A DNA stretch of 64,000 nucleotides from an uncultured Methanosarcinales archaeon (GCA_964344235.1 CAYFMJ010000001.1:32001-96000), one strand, 5' to 3'. Numbered from the stretch's first letter, positions 29,528-38,221 are shown. Translations and numbers: made by a program. The notes: a model not told the origin generated them from the sequence alone.

Positions 29528-29566
29528 GAGCAAAAATATTTTATATTTAGTTTGATCAGTTATTGT

Positions 29567-30265
29567 ATGGAGAGGGTGCCACTTGCTGTTGACATTGATG
29601 AGACAATCGTTTATCTCTTACGGTTTTTTCTAGAGTATTACAATAATAAAAATGGTACCGCCTTTTCGGAGGAGGGTTTTTGTTCATACAGGTGGTGGGA
29701 AATTTTAAGGATATCAAAAGAACAAGCATATGCAGAAGCAGTAGAGTGGGCGGCTTGGAAAACACGTGATGAGGGAAGGCCGGTAAATGGGTACTTTGGA
29801 ATCCAGTTCGTGGAAGGTGCTGAACAAGGTCTCGATTTGTTGTCTCGTTATTATCAGCTTCATGCGATATCGGATCGCAGTCCTGTGCTTGACCCAGATA
29901 CGTTCAATATTTCTTGTGCATTGTATGTTGAAGAAGGGGAAGGGACTTATTTCCCTGACATTCCTGTTGGTGATACTGGAGATCTTATTCTACCAACAAG
30001 TCAGATATACTTAACAAAAGAATGGGGGATGCCAAAGGCCGAGATTTGCCATATGGTTGGCGCGAAAACAATTATTGAAGATAATGGAGACAGGGCTATC
30101 GAATGCGCTGAAGAAGGAGTTGAAGTTCTTTTACTTGAAAAACCATGGAATAAGGGCGTAGAAAGAGAAAATATTACGAGAGTTAGTGGTTGGCAAGAAG
30201 TATGTGATCTTCTAACTCCAAGCTCGATTAGATTTCCGTACCCTTACGAAGCACGTTATCTATAA
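29567..30265 (+). CDS. HAD-superfamily 5'(3')-deoxyribonucleotidase-like protein
   Basis: LAVDIDETI motif I, IIEDN, LL..PWN. Confidence 0.7.
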   Translation: MERVPLAVDIDETIVYLLRFFLEYYNNKNGTAFSEEGFCSYRWWEILRISKEQAYAEAVEWAAWKTRDEGRPVNGYFGIQFVEGAEQGLDLLSRYYQLHAISDRSPVLDPDTFNISCALYVEEGEGTYFPDIPVGDTGDLILPTSQIYLTKEWGMPKAEICHMVGAKTIIEDNGDRAIECAEEGVEVLLLEKPWNKGVERENITRVSGWQEVCDLLTPSSIRFPYPYEARYL

Positions 30266-30270
30266 AAAAT

Positions 30271-30630
30271 TCATGCAACGCAACTACATTGTTTGTAGCC
30301 GTTGTTTAATGCTGTGTTTTTTGATGCAAATACCTGTTTATTTTTTGGTTTGATATTTTTAGCGAACGCACAATTCTTTGCATGGAACTTTGATGCTGTC
30401 TTTGAAGCAACAAATTTCTTTGCTGTTTTCGTTGCTGTGCGTGCAACTCTTGTATAGCGTTTTCGTGCTTTTTTCAAGCTAAGGGTTGCTAACTTCTCTG
30501 TTAGTTCTGCATTCCGTAGCTGTAATTTACGTACTTCATCATATAATACGTTAATATGATCAAATAATGTGTAAATATCCTGCTTCGCTAACTGAAATGA
30601 GCGAATTGTGTTTAATTGGTGTTGATTCAT
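30271..30630 (-). CDS. Coiled-coil protein with C-terminal Ada-type metal-binding domain
   Basis: KFVASKTASKFHAKNC...GYKQCSC after a K/T/A-rich linker. Confidence 0.7.
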   Translation of the reverse strand: MNQHQLNTIRSFQLAKQDIYTLFDHINVLYDEVRKLQLRNAELTEKLATLSLKKARKRYTRVARTATKTAKKFVASKTASKFHAKNCAFAKNIKPKNKQVFASKNTALNNGYKQCSCVA

Positions 30631-30739
30631 TGTAGGTAGTAAAGAGAGGGTTTATTTATAAACCTTTTGTTTATTTATCACTGTAAAGTGACGTCTTTTT
30701 TTGGAAAGGTTTAAATGGGAGTTGAGGCGGGAGGGAAGA

Positions 30740-31330
30740 ATGAGAAAAATAGTGGTAGTTATGATAATGATGCTGAGTGTTATAGTAGCATCGTGTGGAG
30801 GAGGAACAATGAAAAACGCAACATTTGAAACGTCAATGGGAGAGTTTACAGTTGAATTATATACAGATAAAATGCCGATTACAGCGGGTAATTTCGTAAA
30901 GTTAGCAGAAGAAGGCTTCTACGACGGGACAAAATTTCATAGAGTAATTGGGCCAATCAAATCGCCGCCACATGGGTTTATGATTCAGGGTGGAGATCCG
31001 TTAACGAAAGATGATAATTTACAACATGCCTGGGGCACTGGCGGGCCTGGGTATGCGATTGAAGATGAGTTTGTGGATGGTTTAAGTAATTTGAGAGGAA
31101 CGTTAAGTATGGCTAACTCTGGACCAAATAGCGGGGGGAGTCAGTTCTTCATTAACCTGAATGATAACACATTTTTAGACTTTGACAAACCGCCAATGCA
31201 GAGTAAACACCCGGTGTTTGGAAAAGTTGTGAGTGGTATGGATATCGTTGAGAAGATTGGTAATGTTGGAACGGACGGTATGGACAGACCATTAGAACCA
31301 GTTGTGATTACGAAGATTACAATAGAATAA
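30740..31330 (+). CDS. Cyclophilin-type peptidyl-prolyl isomerase with lipobox-like signal
   Basis: P.TAGNF..L...GFYDG..FHRVI, FMIQGGDP, LSMANSGPNSGGSQFFI, HPVFGKV; N-terminus ...VIVASC. Confidence 0.92.
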   Translation: MRKIVVVMIMMLSVIVASCGGGTMKNATFETSMGEFTVELYTDKMPITAGNFVKLAEEGFYDGTKFHRVIGPIKSPPHGFMIQGGDPLTKDDNLQHAWGTGGPGYAIEDEFVDGLSNLRGTLSMANSGPNSGGSQFFINLNDNTFLDFDKPPMQSKHPVFGKVVSGMDIVEKIGNVGTDGMDRPLEPVVITKITIE

Positions 31331-31363
31331 TTTAAAAGTAGTTTCTTTTATTTGACACTATAA

Positions 31364-31438
31364 GGGCCCGTAGTTTAGCCTGGATAGAACGACAGCCTTC
31401 TAAGCTGTAGGTCGGGGGTTCGAATCCTCCCGGGCCCA
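31364..31438 (+). tRNA. tRNA-Arg (TCT), no intron, CCA not encoded
   Basis: GGGCCCG/CGGGCCC acceptor stem, ACAGC-CTTCTAA-GCTGT anticodon arm, TTCGAAT T-loop. Confidence 0.96.
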
Positions 31439-31444
31439 CTTCTT

Positions 31445-31482
31445 CCACTCCCCACTAGACAACCGTCAGCAGGGCTTATTAA
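31445..31482 (+). promoter_or_regulatory. Conserved box + TATA promoter of LAGLIDADG-1
   Basis: CCACTCCC-CACTAGACAACC-N11-TTATTAA. Confidence 0.75.
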
Positions 31483-31503
31483 TTAATGATCTTCTAATTT
31501 CAG

Positions 31504-31540
31504 CACTCTCTGTTTTATTCTTGGTGTAAACAGAGAGGTG
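31504..31540 (+). promoter_or_regulatory. SD-sequestering hairpin upstream of LAGLIDADG-1
   Basis: CACTCTCTGTTT...AAACAGAGAGGTG, 12 bp with one bulge; the 3' arm contains GAGGTG 6 nt before ATG 31547. Confidence 0.7.
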
Positions 31541-31546
31541 ATTGAA

Positions 31547-32233
31547 ATGAACGAGAATCTGAAGAATAATCCAGAGCTGGCTCGCTTAGTGGCAGACTTA
31601 ACGAGTGATGGACACCTACAAGTAAAGGGTAATAGACATGTTGCATCGTTCTACTCAAAAGAGATATACGAAATTGAAGCAGTTCGCAGCAGATTCTTAT
31701 CGTTGTTTGGGCTTGTAGGTAATGTCCATGTCGACAAACGTCCTGCGAAAGAGGGAGGGAGAGAAGTTGTTCGATACCAAGTTTACTTCTGTTCGAAAGC
31801 TGTCTGTGTATTCCTAAAAAATATCGGTACCCCCATCGGCAACAAGACAGATAATGAGTTTTTGATTCCGGACTGGATCATGAATGGCGCTAGCCAAACC
31901 AAACAATCATACCTAAAAGGTCTATACGATGCTGAGGGAAGCATATTTTGCGGAAAGGATGGGAAATGGCAAATTACGTTCAAAATGGCTAAAAACAAAT
32001 CAATGCTTAGTGCAGGAACCAACTATTTTGAACAGATCAGAGCCTTACTTGCCGAATTCAACATTAAAACGTCTCCGGTAAACAACCATAAACTCAATGT
32101 TAGAAAAGATGGAAGTGAAAGTTTATTACTTAGAATCGCCATCGAAAAAGGTTCGTTTAAGAATTTTCAAGAGCATATTGGTTTCGATCACCAAGAAAAG
32201 AGAAAAAAATTAATTGCTGCTCTTAAAAATTAA
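31547..32233 (+). CDS. Free-standing LAGLIDADG (DOD/intein-type) endonuclease 1
   Basis: PELARLVADLTSDG and YLKGLYDAEG motifs, C-terminal F...IGF....K..KL; no Hint splicing residues. Confidence 0.88.
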   Translation: MNENLKNNPELARLVADLTSDGHLQVKGNRHVASFYSKEIYEIEAVRSRFLSLFGLVGNVHVDKRPAKEGGREVVRYQVYFCSKAVCVFLKNIGTPIGNKTDNEFLIPDWIMNGASQTKQSYLKGLYDAEGSIFCGKDGKWQITFKMAKNKSMLSAGTNYFEQIRALLAEFNIKTSPVNNHKLNVRKDGSESLLLRIAIEKGSFKNFQEHIGFDHQEKRKKLIAALKN

Positions 32234-32237
32234 AGAA

Positions 32238-32930
32238 CTACGAATCACTGACAGAATAGCTGACTTCTTGGATGCCGCCGCCGTACGCTTGGAAGAGGAC
32301 TTCTTTGACTGTAAGGTTGAAACCTTGTACGTAATAATTATCACCGTCTTGCAACCACTCGCTGAGCAGGCCGTTGATTCTTATACGCGCGCCTTTTGAT
32401 TCTATGAGAGCAAGGGAAACGTTGTATTCTTTATCGTTGAGAGTGTGGGGAATTTCATCGCCAAGCGTGAGGGTCCAGGTTTCTTCGGCTGGTTCTGATT
32501 CCTCTTCTTCTGGTTCTACTTCCGCAGGGTCAGTGTAATTCTCTGGTTTTGGTAAGCATTCAGCATTTTCGCAACCGAACTCACACGTTTTTGTTTTGAT
32601 CCAGTCACAACTCTCCAGTTGGTAACCCATTTTTTTATCACTTTTACATTTGAATCCGGAGGTACAAACCTCTGCAGGAGGAGGTGGAGCACAAGCGTCA
32701 TCAGCACAGCCGTGTTCACAGGTGGTTAAGTTCGACCAATCACAATCTTCATCCTGATATGCAATTTTCTTCTCGTCAACACATTTCATGCCAGCTGTGC
32801 AAGCAGTTGTTGGTGTATCTGTTGTAGAGGCAGTGGTTGTGTTAGCGCCTGGTTGTTCAGTAAGGTCTGTTGAGGTACACCCTACAAGAAGAAGTACAGA
32901 GCACAGAATAATGATTAACAGCCACCTCAT
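32238..32930 (-). CDS. Lipoprotein-like surface protein with two 6-Cys repeats
   Basis: MRWLLIIILCSVLLLVGC lipobox, Thr-rich linker, repeat C..G.KC......YQ...CDW.....CE.GC....C twice. Confidence 0.75.
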   Translation of the reverse strand: MRWLLIIILCSVLLLVGCTSTDLTEQPGANTTTASTTDTPTTACTAGMKCVDEKKIAYQDEDCDWSNLTTCEHGCADDACAPPPPAEVCTSGFKCKSDKKMGYQLESCDWIKTKTCEFGCENAECLPKPENYTDPAEVEPEEEESEPAEETWTLTLGDEIPHTLNDKEYNVSLALIESKGARIRINGLLSEWLQDGDNYYVQGFNLTVKEVLFQAYGGGIQEVSYSVSDS

Positions 32931-32985
32931 TGTGTTGAAAATTAATTGATTCATGTATATAAAAGTATTCTTGCGACAAAAACAA

Positions 32986-33738
32986 TTAACGATAAATTTT
33001 AGGAGTGTGTTTTACTGTTGCGAGGTTTCTATTCCGTAATGCTTCTTCATATTTTAATTTTTTATTCCTATTGTTGAAGCCAATAACTTCCATATATTTC
33101 TTAACCCTTTTGTATCCGTTAATATAAATGCGGTGTGTTGTATAAGTTATGTCTCTCTTCCTATAATGCTGGGCTTCTTTTCTAAAATAATTATCTATGC
33201 CCAGTTCTTGAAATATTTTTGAACATTCTTCTGTTAGAATCTGCGATTTAAATCCACCTTGAACTATTGGGTATGCATTTGGTTTATGCTTTATTGTCAA
33301 ACAGAAATCAGCATCGGCTAAACCACGAAGAAACGCGGCTTTAATTTCCACATTACTCTCCAATATGCACTTTGGCACTGATATATTTCTTTTATTGTTT
33401 GGTATGCCAATGTTTCTTTTAAAGAATAAGCATATTGCTTTAGATTGTCTTCTTAGTTCTATTGAATTTTTCTCTTTCTTAATATCTTTGTGTAAACGTA
33501 CTTGAAATATGTCGTGCATTAATTTTCGGGCAAAGTCCATATGTTCTTCGTCCTTTATATTACCAGAGATGTTAATATTATAACAGCTTCTTCTTTTGTT
33601 GTGGTAAATACCAATATGCCCATCGCCAACAATAATTCCAATTAATTCTGCCAATTCTGGCGTAAGATGAGAAGGAAGGCAAATTCCTGCACTTTTATCT
33701 CCATTGCTTAATTCTATACTAGATAAATCAAATTTCAT
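32986..33738 (-). CDS. Free-standing LAGLIDADG endonuclease 2
   Basis: PELAELIGIIVGDG and FLRGLADADF motifs, YMEVIGF; start refined to ATG 33738 (SD AAGGTGA). Confidence 0.88.
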   Translation of the reverse strand: MKFDLSSIELSNGDKSAGICLPSHLTPELAELIGIIVGDGHIGIYHNKRRSCYNINISGNIKDEEHMDFARKLMHDIFQVRLHKDIKKEKNSIELRRQSKAICLFFKRNIGIPNNKRNISVPKCILESNVEIKAAFLRGLADADFCLTIKHKPNAYPIVQGGFKSQILTEECSKIFQELGIDNYFRKEAQHYRKRDITYTTHRIYINGYKRVKKYMEVIGFNNRNKKLKYEEALRNRNLATVKHTPKIYR

Positions 33739-33744
33739 TTTTAT

Positions 33745-33780
33745 CACCTTTGTTTTACGCGAGATCAAAAACAAAGCGTG
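33745..33780 (-). promoter_or_regulatory. SD-sequestering hairpin upstream of LAGLIDADG-2
   Basis: Minus-strand RNA CAC-G-CUUUGUUUU...AAAACAAAG-GUG, 12 bp with one bulge; SD in the 3' arm. Confidence 0.7.
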
Positions 33781-33793
33781 GAGAAATGCAATT

Positions 33794-33831
33794 TATTTAA
33801 TACCTGCCAGTGGTTGTCTAGTGGGGAGTGG
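33794..33831 (-). promoter_or_regulatory. Conserved box + TATA promoter of LAGLIDADG-2
   Basis: CCACTCCC-CACTAGACAACC-N11-TTAAATA on the minus strand; first 20 nt identical to 31445-31464. Confidence 0.75.
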
Positions 33832-33915
33832 CTAGTTTTTTGTTTATTATTGCCGGAAATTATATAAAGGGACTTCTGCGAGAAATCTTTAAGGGTCAGT
33901 GGCCAAGTGGCTAAG

Positions 33916-33943
33916 ACTAGTCTAGATTCTAGACTAGTAGTAA
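33916..33943 (+). other. tRNA-Cys intron 1 (28 nt, position 23/24)
   Basis: BHB: helix GCTA/TAGT, bulges AG|A and AA|G, 9-bp stem CTAGTCTAG-ATT-CTAGACTAG. Confidence 0.88.
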
Positions 33944-33973
33944 GCGGCCCCCTGCAGAGGGGCAGATCGAGGG

Positions 33974-34001
33974 AAGTACTTAGATTCTAAGTGCTCTCGA
34001 A
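33974..34001 (+). other. tRNA-Cys intron 2 (28 nt, position 53/54)
   Basis: BHB: helix CGAG/CTCG, bulges GG|A and AA|T, 9-bp stem AGTACTTAG-ATT-CTAAGTGCT. Confidence 0.88.
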
Positions 34002-34073
34002 TTCGAGTCCCTCCTGGCCCTCCATTTTCTAAATGTATTTAAACTGAAACCATTTGAAGTGTATTAAGAGAAA

Positions 34074-34484
34074 ATGAACAACAAAATTAAACTTGCCGGA
34101 TGTGTAATTCTAAAAGAAGATGCTATCCTTCTGCAACATAGAACAAAAAGAAATTGGTACGAATTACCAGGAGGAAAACTGGATGAAAACGAATCGCCAG
34201 AACAAACAGCAGTGAGAGAGCTTAAGGAAGAATTATGTTGTGATGTCGAGATTATTGAACAACTGGGAGTAAAAGACTTCGTGGAAGATGGTTTTACAAT
34301 GACTTATGTTTGGTTTCTTGCAAGAATTAAGGAAAATCAAGAGGTAAAAATTGGTGAACCAACTAAAATAAGCCATATTCATTATATCCCAATTAAAGAT
34401 CTCGAGTCTCATAACCTTTCACCCAACATGGAACGTCTATTAGAGGAGATTAAGCAAAAGAGAGTAAAATTATTTAAACCATAA
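34074..34484 (+). CDS. NUDIX hydrolase
   Basis: Nudix box GGKLDENESPEQTAVRELKEELC. Confidence 0.9.
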   Translation: MNNKIKLAGCVILKEDAILLQHRTKRNWYELPGGKLDENESPEQTAVRELKEELCCDVEIIEQLGVKDFVEDGFTMTYVWFLARIKENQEVKIGEPTKISHIHYIPIKDLESHNLSPNMERLLEEIKQKRVKLFKP

Positions 34485-34499
34485 TTATAATCTCAGTAC

Positions 34500-35588
34500 A
34501 TGAATAAAAAAGCAATCTCCTCTTTAGAGCTAGCGGCACTTGTACAAGAATTGCAGTTTATTGTGAAAGGAAAGGTTTCGCAGATTTATCATCAGGAGAA
34601 GAAGGAGTTACTGCTACAATTACATGCACCAGGGCAGGGTAAACAATTGTTAAAGATAATTCCAGGGAAATTGTTGTGTTTAACGGACAGGAAAAAAGCA
34701 GGAAGTTTACGGCCAACAGGGTTTTGTATGCAGTTGCGGAAATATATCAATAATGCATTTATCAAAAGTATTCAGCAAAAAGATTCAGAACGAATTGTTG
34801 TATTTGAGTTGGAGAAAAAGGAGAAGTATTATTTGATTGTTGAATTGTTTTCCAAGGGGAATATTGTATTAGTTGATGGCAACTATAAGATTATTGCAAC
34901 GTTAACATGGCAGAAGTGGAAAGATAGGACTGTAAAGCCGGGAGAAGAATATCTCTTTCCAGAATCGCGAGTTAATTGGAAAACAATTAGTGAACCTATG
35001 TTTAAATCGTTGGTGGAAAAGAGTGAGAAGAAGAATCTGGCTACAGCTCTGGCAACAGAATTGGGCTTAGGTGGAGTGTATGCGGAGGATTTATGTTTAC
35101 GAGTGGGTGTTGATAAGAATATTGTGCCCACGGATGTGACGGCAGCACAGGCTGGGTTGTTGTTTCAGGGACTGCAAGAGATGTTAGTGTTGTTAGAAAA
35201 CCCAAAGGGGTGGATTTACGAGGAACAGGTAACGCCGTTTCCTCTTGCTGAAGAAAAAGATGAAAGGAGAACAAAGACGTATAATGAGGCGATCAATACA
35301 CTCAATCCGTTTCAAAAGAAGTCGCCGTATGAGCAAAAGATCGCTGCAATTGAGAAGACTATTGCGACACAGCAGGAAGCGATTGAGAGTTTGAAACTGA
35401 AGATTGAAGAGAATGGTAGGAAAGGAGAAAGGGTTTATGAGGAGTATGCTAACTTGCAGAAGTTGTTAGATATCGTGAAAGAGTTGCGGAAAACAGCGAC
35501 GTGGGAAGAGGTTAAAGGAGAGTTAACAAAAGAGAAGAAAATCAGTTCTGTTAATCTGAAGAAGAAAACTGTAATGATTGAGTTATGA
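34500..35588 (+). CDS. NFACT/Rqc2 (FbpA) family protein, N-terminal part only
   Basis: F.MQLRKYI.NA.I.SI.Q...ERIV.F, LIVELFSKGNIVLVD, LG...AE..C.R.G, coiled coil; ends at 362 aa. Confidence 0.8.
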   Translation: MNKKAISSLELAALVQELQFIVKGKVSQIYHQEKKELLLQLHAPGQGKQLLKIIPGKLLCLTDRKKAGSLRPTGFCMQLRKYINNAFIKSIQQKDSERIVVFELEKKEKYYLIVELFSKGNIVLVDGNYKIIATLTWQKWKDRTVKPGEEYLFPESRVNWKTISEPMFKSLVEKSEKKNLATALATELGLGGVYAEDLCLRVGVDKNIVPTDVTAAQAGLLFQGLQEMLVLLENPKGWIYEEQVTPFPLAEEKDERRTKTYNEAINTLNPFQKKSPYEQKIAAIEKTIATQQEAIESLKLKIEENGRKGERVYEEYANLQKLLDIVKELRKTATWEEVKGELTKEKKISSVNLKKKTVMIEL

Positions 35589-36284
35589 TTTTTGCATGTA
35601 ATATGCTCTTTTTTCTGAAGAGAATTTTTCTATCGCGTACCGTAGCATTGTGCGGGGCATTGTTTTATAGTGTTGTTGGAGGAACTGTTCTTCAAGAGGT
35701 TGATCTCTCTTTCCAATCTCACGTAACATCCAGCCAACTGCTTTATGGATGAGATCGTGTTTATCGTTGACTAAGATTTCGGCAATTTCTAGAGAATCTG
35801 TAAATTGGTTTTTGTGAATAAACCAGAATGTTGCTAAAATGGAGATACGGCGGTCCCAGAGGTTATCTGATTGAGCGAGGGCGTGGAGAAGTGACTTATC
35901 TTTGTCTAACAAATATCTGCCAATAACTTTATGTGCAGTTACATCAATTAAATCCCAGTTATTAGCGTATTGTTTGTGGTTAATGTAGAAATCAAATATT
36001 TCTTTTTGTTCTTCTGGTGTCGCTTTTTCAAATTTATATGTAAGAATGATGAATGAGGTAAGCCTTACTTCGTGGTATTTGCTTTTGATTGATTTCGAAA
36101 GCTCTGCAAGAGAAATGTTCACATATTTCTTAGCAATCTTTCGTTGTTCAGGGACTGTGATTCCGAGAAATACATCACCTTCACCATATTGCCCAGGGCC
36201 TGTTTTGAAGAATCGTTGTAGTACTTTTGCTTTCTCTGGGTTTTTGCGTTGCTGCAGTTCTGTGAGGAGTTGAGAGAGCATCAT
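35583..36284 (-). CDS. DNA alkylation repair protein (AlkD-like HEAT-repeat)
   Basis: FFKTGPGQYGEGDVFLGITVP..RKIAK, NNWDLID, NLWDRR, IHKAVGWMLRE.GK, MPRTMLRYAIEK. Confidence 0.9.
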   Translation of the reverse strand: MMLSQLLTELQQRKNPEKAKVLQRFFKTGPGQYGEGDVFLGITVPEQRKIAKKYVNISLAELSKSIKSKYHEVRLTSFIILTYKFEKATPEEQKEIFDFYINHKQYANNWDLIDVTAHKVIGRYLLDKDKSLLHALAQSDNLWDRRISILATFWFIHKNQFTDSLEIAEILVNDKHDLIHKAVGWMLREIGKRDQPLEEQFLQQHYKTMPRTMLRYAIEKFSSEKRAYYMQKS

Positions 36285-37042
36285 TTCTTGTTTTTGGTAA
36301 AGCCTTCAAACGATCTGAGAACCTCCAATGGAACTGCAAAAATAATGGTGTTGCTTTGATCACTTGAAATATCATTAATACTTTGAAGAGTTCGTAGGTG
36401 AAGTGCCCCCGGTGCTTCTGCTAGCATTTCTGCGGCTTTGGCCATGTTTGTTGCAGCAACTTTCTCCCCATCTGCTTTGATGATTACTGCTCTTTTTTCT
36501 CTCTCGGACTCTGCCTCTTTAGCCATGATCCGTTTCATATCATTCGGTAATTCAATGTGTTTTAAGTCAACAGAATCAACAATAATTCCCCACGGGTCGG
36601 TTGCTTTGTCAACAAGCTGTTGGATCCTTTTTGATAATTGATCTCTTTTATTTAATAAGTCATCAAGTGGAACTTCCCCCACCACATCACGCATTGTTGT
36701 TTGTGATAATTGTGAAGTCGCAAAAAAGAAATCCTCCACTTCCAAGATGGCTTTCATTGCATCACCAATTTTAAAGTACAGTACTGCATTAACACGGACA
36801 GAAACGTTATCTTTTGTAATACAATCCTGATCTGGAACGTCAACAGCTTTAACCCGTAAGTCAACGCGCTGCCAGGATTGAATAATGGGAATGACTAACC
36901 GCAATCCTGGTTTTAGAATACCAGAGTATCTTCCCAGAGTGAATTTAACTCCCCGCTGGTATTCTTTAACAATTTTTAATCCAGATAAAACGAAAAAAAC
37001 AACGACTATGAGGGGGATATGTAGAAATGTAATGCTAACCAT
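36281..37042 (-). CDS. SPFH/band 7 (stomatin) family protein
   Basis: EYQRGVKFTLG, VDLRV...DVP.Q..ITKDNV.V.V.AV, QAE.ER..RA..I.A.GE, LHLRTLQ. Confidence 0.92.
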   Translation of the reverse strand: MVSITFLHIPLIVVVFFVLSGLKIVKEYQRGVKFTLGRYSGILKPGLRLVIPIIQSWQRVDLRVKAVDVPDQDCITKDNVSVRVNAVLYFKIGDAMKAILEVEDFFFATSQLSQTTMRDVVGEVPLDDLLNKRDQLSKRIQQLVDKATDPWGIIVDSVDLKHIELPNDMKRIMAKEAESEREKRAVIIKADGEKVAATNMAKAAEMLAEAPGALHLRTLQSINDISSDQSNTIIFAVPLEVLRSFEGFTKNKK

Positions 37043-37097
37043 TCTTTTCACGTGGCAAATGAGGTATTTTAATGTTTCGATGATTGAGACCACAACC

Positions 37098-37127
37098 CAC
37101 TCGACAACTGCGAGTAGAGAATATAAA
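37098..37127 (+). promoter_or_regulatory. Conserved box + TATA promoter of the DUF4186/RNase-H-like operon
   Basis: CACTCGACAACT-N11-ATATAAA; ATG 37150 follows 22 nt after the TATA (leaderless). Confidence 0.65.
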
Positions 37128-37149
37128 TGAGTAATTCTGTGGGGAATCT

Positions 37150-37500
37150 ATGCAAGAGGTGTTAGCAAAATTGGAGCGGTCGAGGTTTCGCAGAAAGTTT
37201 CGTTTGTCTGAGAACGATATTGAGTATATTCAGCGAAAAACGGTTGAAGTGATGTATGATCATGCAGAGGGTTTTATCCGAGAGCGGTTACGGGAGTACC
37301 CTAGAAATGATGGAAAACAAACGCCGTGGAAAGGACATCCTGTGTTTATTGCGCAACATGCCACAGCCACTTGTTGCAGAGGATGCATGGCGAAGTGGCA
37401 TAACATTCCAAAGAATGTTGTGATGGATGAAGAACAAATTGCGTATGTAAGGGATATTATTATGACCTGGATGTGTGGGCAAATAGTAGAACATGATTGA
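37150..37500 (+). CDS. DUF4186 family protein
   Basis: L.RSRFR.KF.L, NDGKQTP.KGHPVFIAQHATATCCRGC..KWH.I. Confidence 0.9.
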   Translation: MQEVLAKLERSRFRRKFRLSENDIEYIQRKTVEVMYDHAEGFIRERLREYPRNDGKQTPWKGHPVFIAQHATATCCRGCMAKWHNIPKNVVMDEEQIAYVRDIIMTWMCGQIVEHD

Positions 37501-38221
37501 GCAATCATTTGTATTTTTAGAGAGAATTGGGTTCAGGAAAGAGAGAGGTATTTGGCAACAGGGAATTAGGACATGGCAGGATTTCTTACTGTGTGAGAAC
37601 ATCCGAGGGGTTTCTGGGAAGAGAAAAGGCCATTATAATCGGAAGATACAGGAAGCGCAGCAGGCGTTGTGGCGGGGAGATTATTCTTATTTTATTGGAA
37701 AGTTGCCTCAAAAAGAGATGTGGCGGTTGTATCCGTTTGTTAAAGAAGAGTGTTGTTTTGTAGATATTGAGATTGATGGAAATGGAAGAATCGTGGTTGT
37801 GGGTGTTTCAAATTATTTTCAAACGAATTTCTTTGTGAGAGGGGTTAATTTGCAGAAAGAAATGGTTGAGAGGGAGCTGGGGAAGTATAAGGCAATAATT
37901 ACATTTAATGGCGGAGCGTTTGATGTGCCAAAACTGTGGAAGGAGTTAGGCGTTGACGTTGGGATGATACATATTGACTTAAAGCCGCTGTGTGTGAATA
38001 TGGAAATGAAAGGTGGTTTGAAAGAGGTAGAGAGACAGTTGCAGTTACGGAGACCATTTCATTTATATGGGAATCCTATTGATCTATGGAAAGCGTTTCA
38101 CGCTTCTGGTGATAGAGAATATTTGGAGTTGCTTCTCGATTATAATAGAGAGGATTGTGAAAATTTGAAGAACATTATGGAATTTGTCTATAAGGGGATG
38201 GTAAAAAATTATATAAACTGA
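37493..38221 (+). CDS. RNase H-like (YprB-type DEDD) exonuclease-domain protein
   Basis: FVDIE, ITFNG..FDVP, HIDL, GGLK.VER.L, L..YNREDC.NL. Confidence 0.82.
   Translation: MIEQSFVFLERIGFRKERGIWQQGIRTWQDFLLCENIRGVSGKRKGHYNRKIQEAQQALWRGDYSYFIGKLPQKEMWRLYPFVKEECCFVDIEIDGNGRIVVVGVSNYFQTNFFVRGVNLQKEMVERELGKYKAIITFNGGAFDVPKLWKELGVDVGMIHIDLKPLCVNMEMKGGLKEVERQLQLRRPFHLYGNPIDLWKAFHASGDREYLELLLDYNREDCENLKNIMEFVYKGMVKNYIN

Larger units (their letters stand above)
33893..34024 (+). tRNA. tRNA-Cys (GCA) with two BHB introns (23/24 and 53/54), CCA encoded
   Basis: After removing 33916-33943 and 33974-34001: GGGTCAG-TG-GCC-AAGTGGCTAA-GGC-G-GCCCC-CTGCAGA-GGGGC-AGATC-GAGGG-TTCGAGT-CCCTC-CTGGCCC-T-CCA, with the U73 discriminator typical of Cys. 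TATA at ~33860-33867. Confidence 0.93.

Noticed and set aside
30678-30691. TCACT-N4-AGTGA palindrome between divergent promoters
   Set aside because: Single occurrence at this spacing and only 5-bp arms; not enough to call an operator.
31547-33738. LAGLIDADG ORFs as inteins or group I intron ORFs
   Set aside because: No flanking extein, no N-terminal Cys/Ser Hint block or C-terminal His-Asn, and no interrupted host gene around them.
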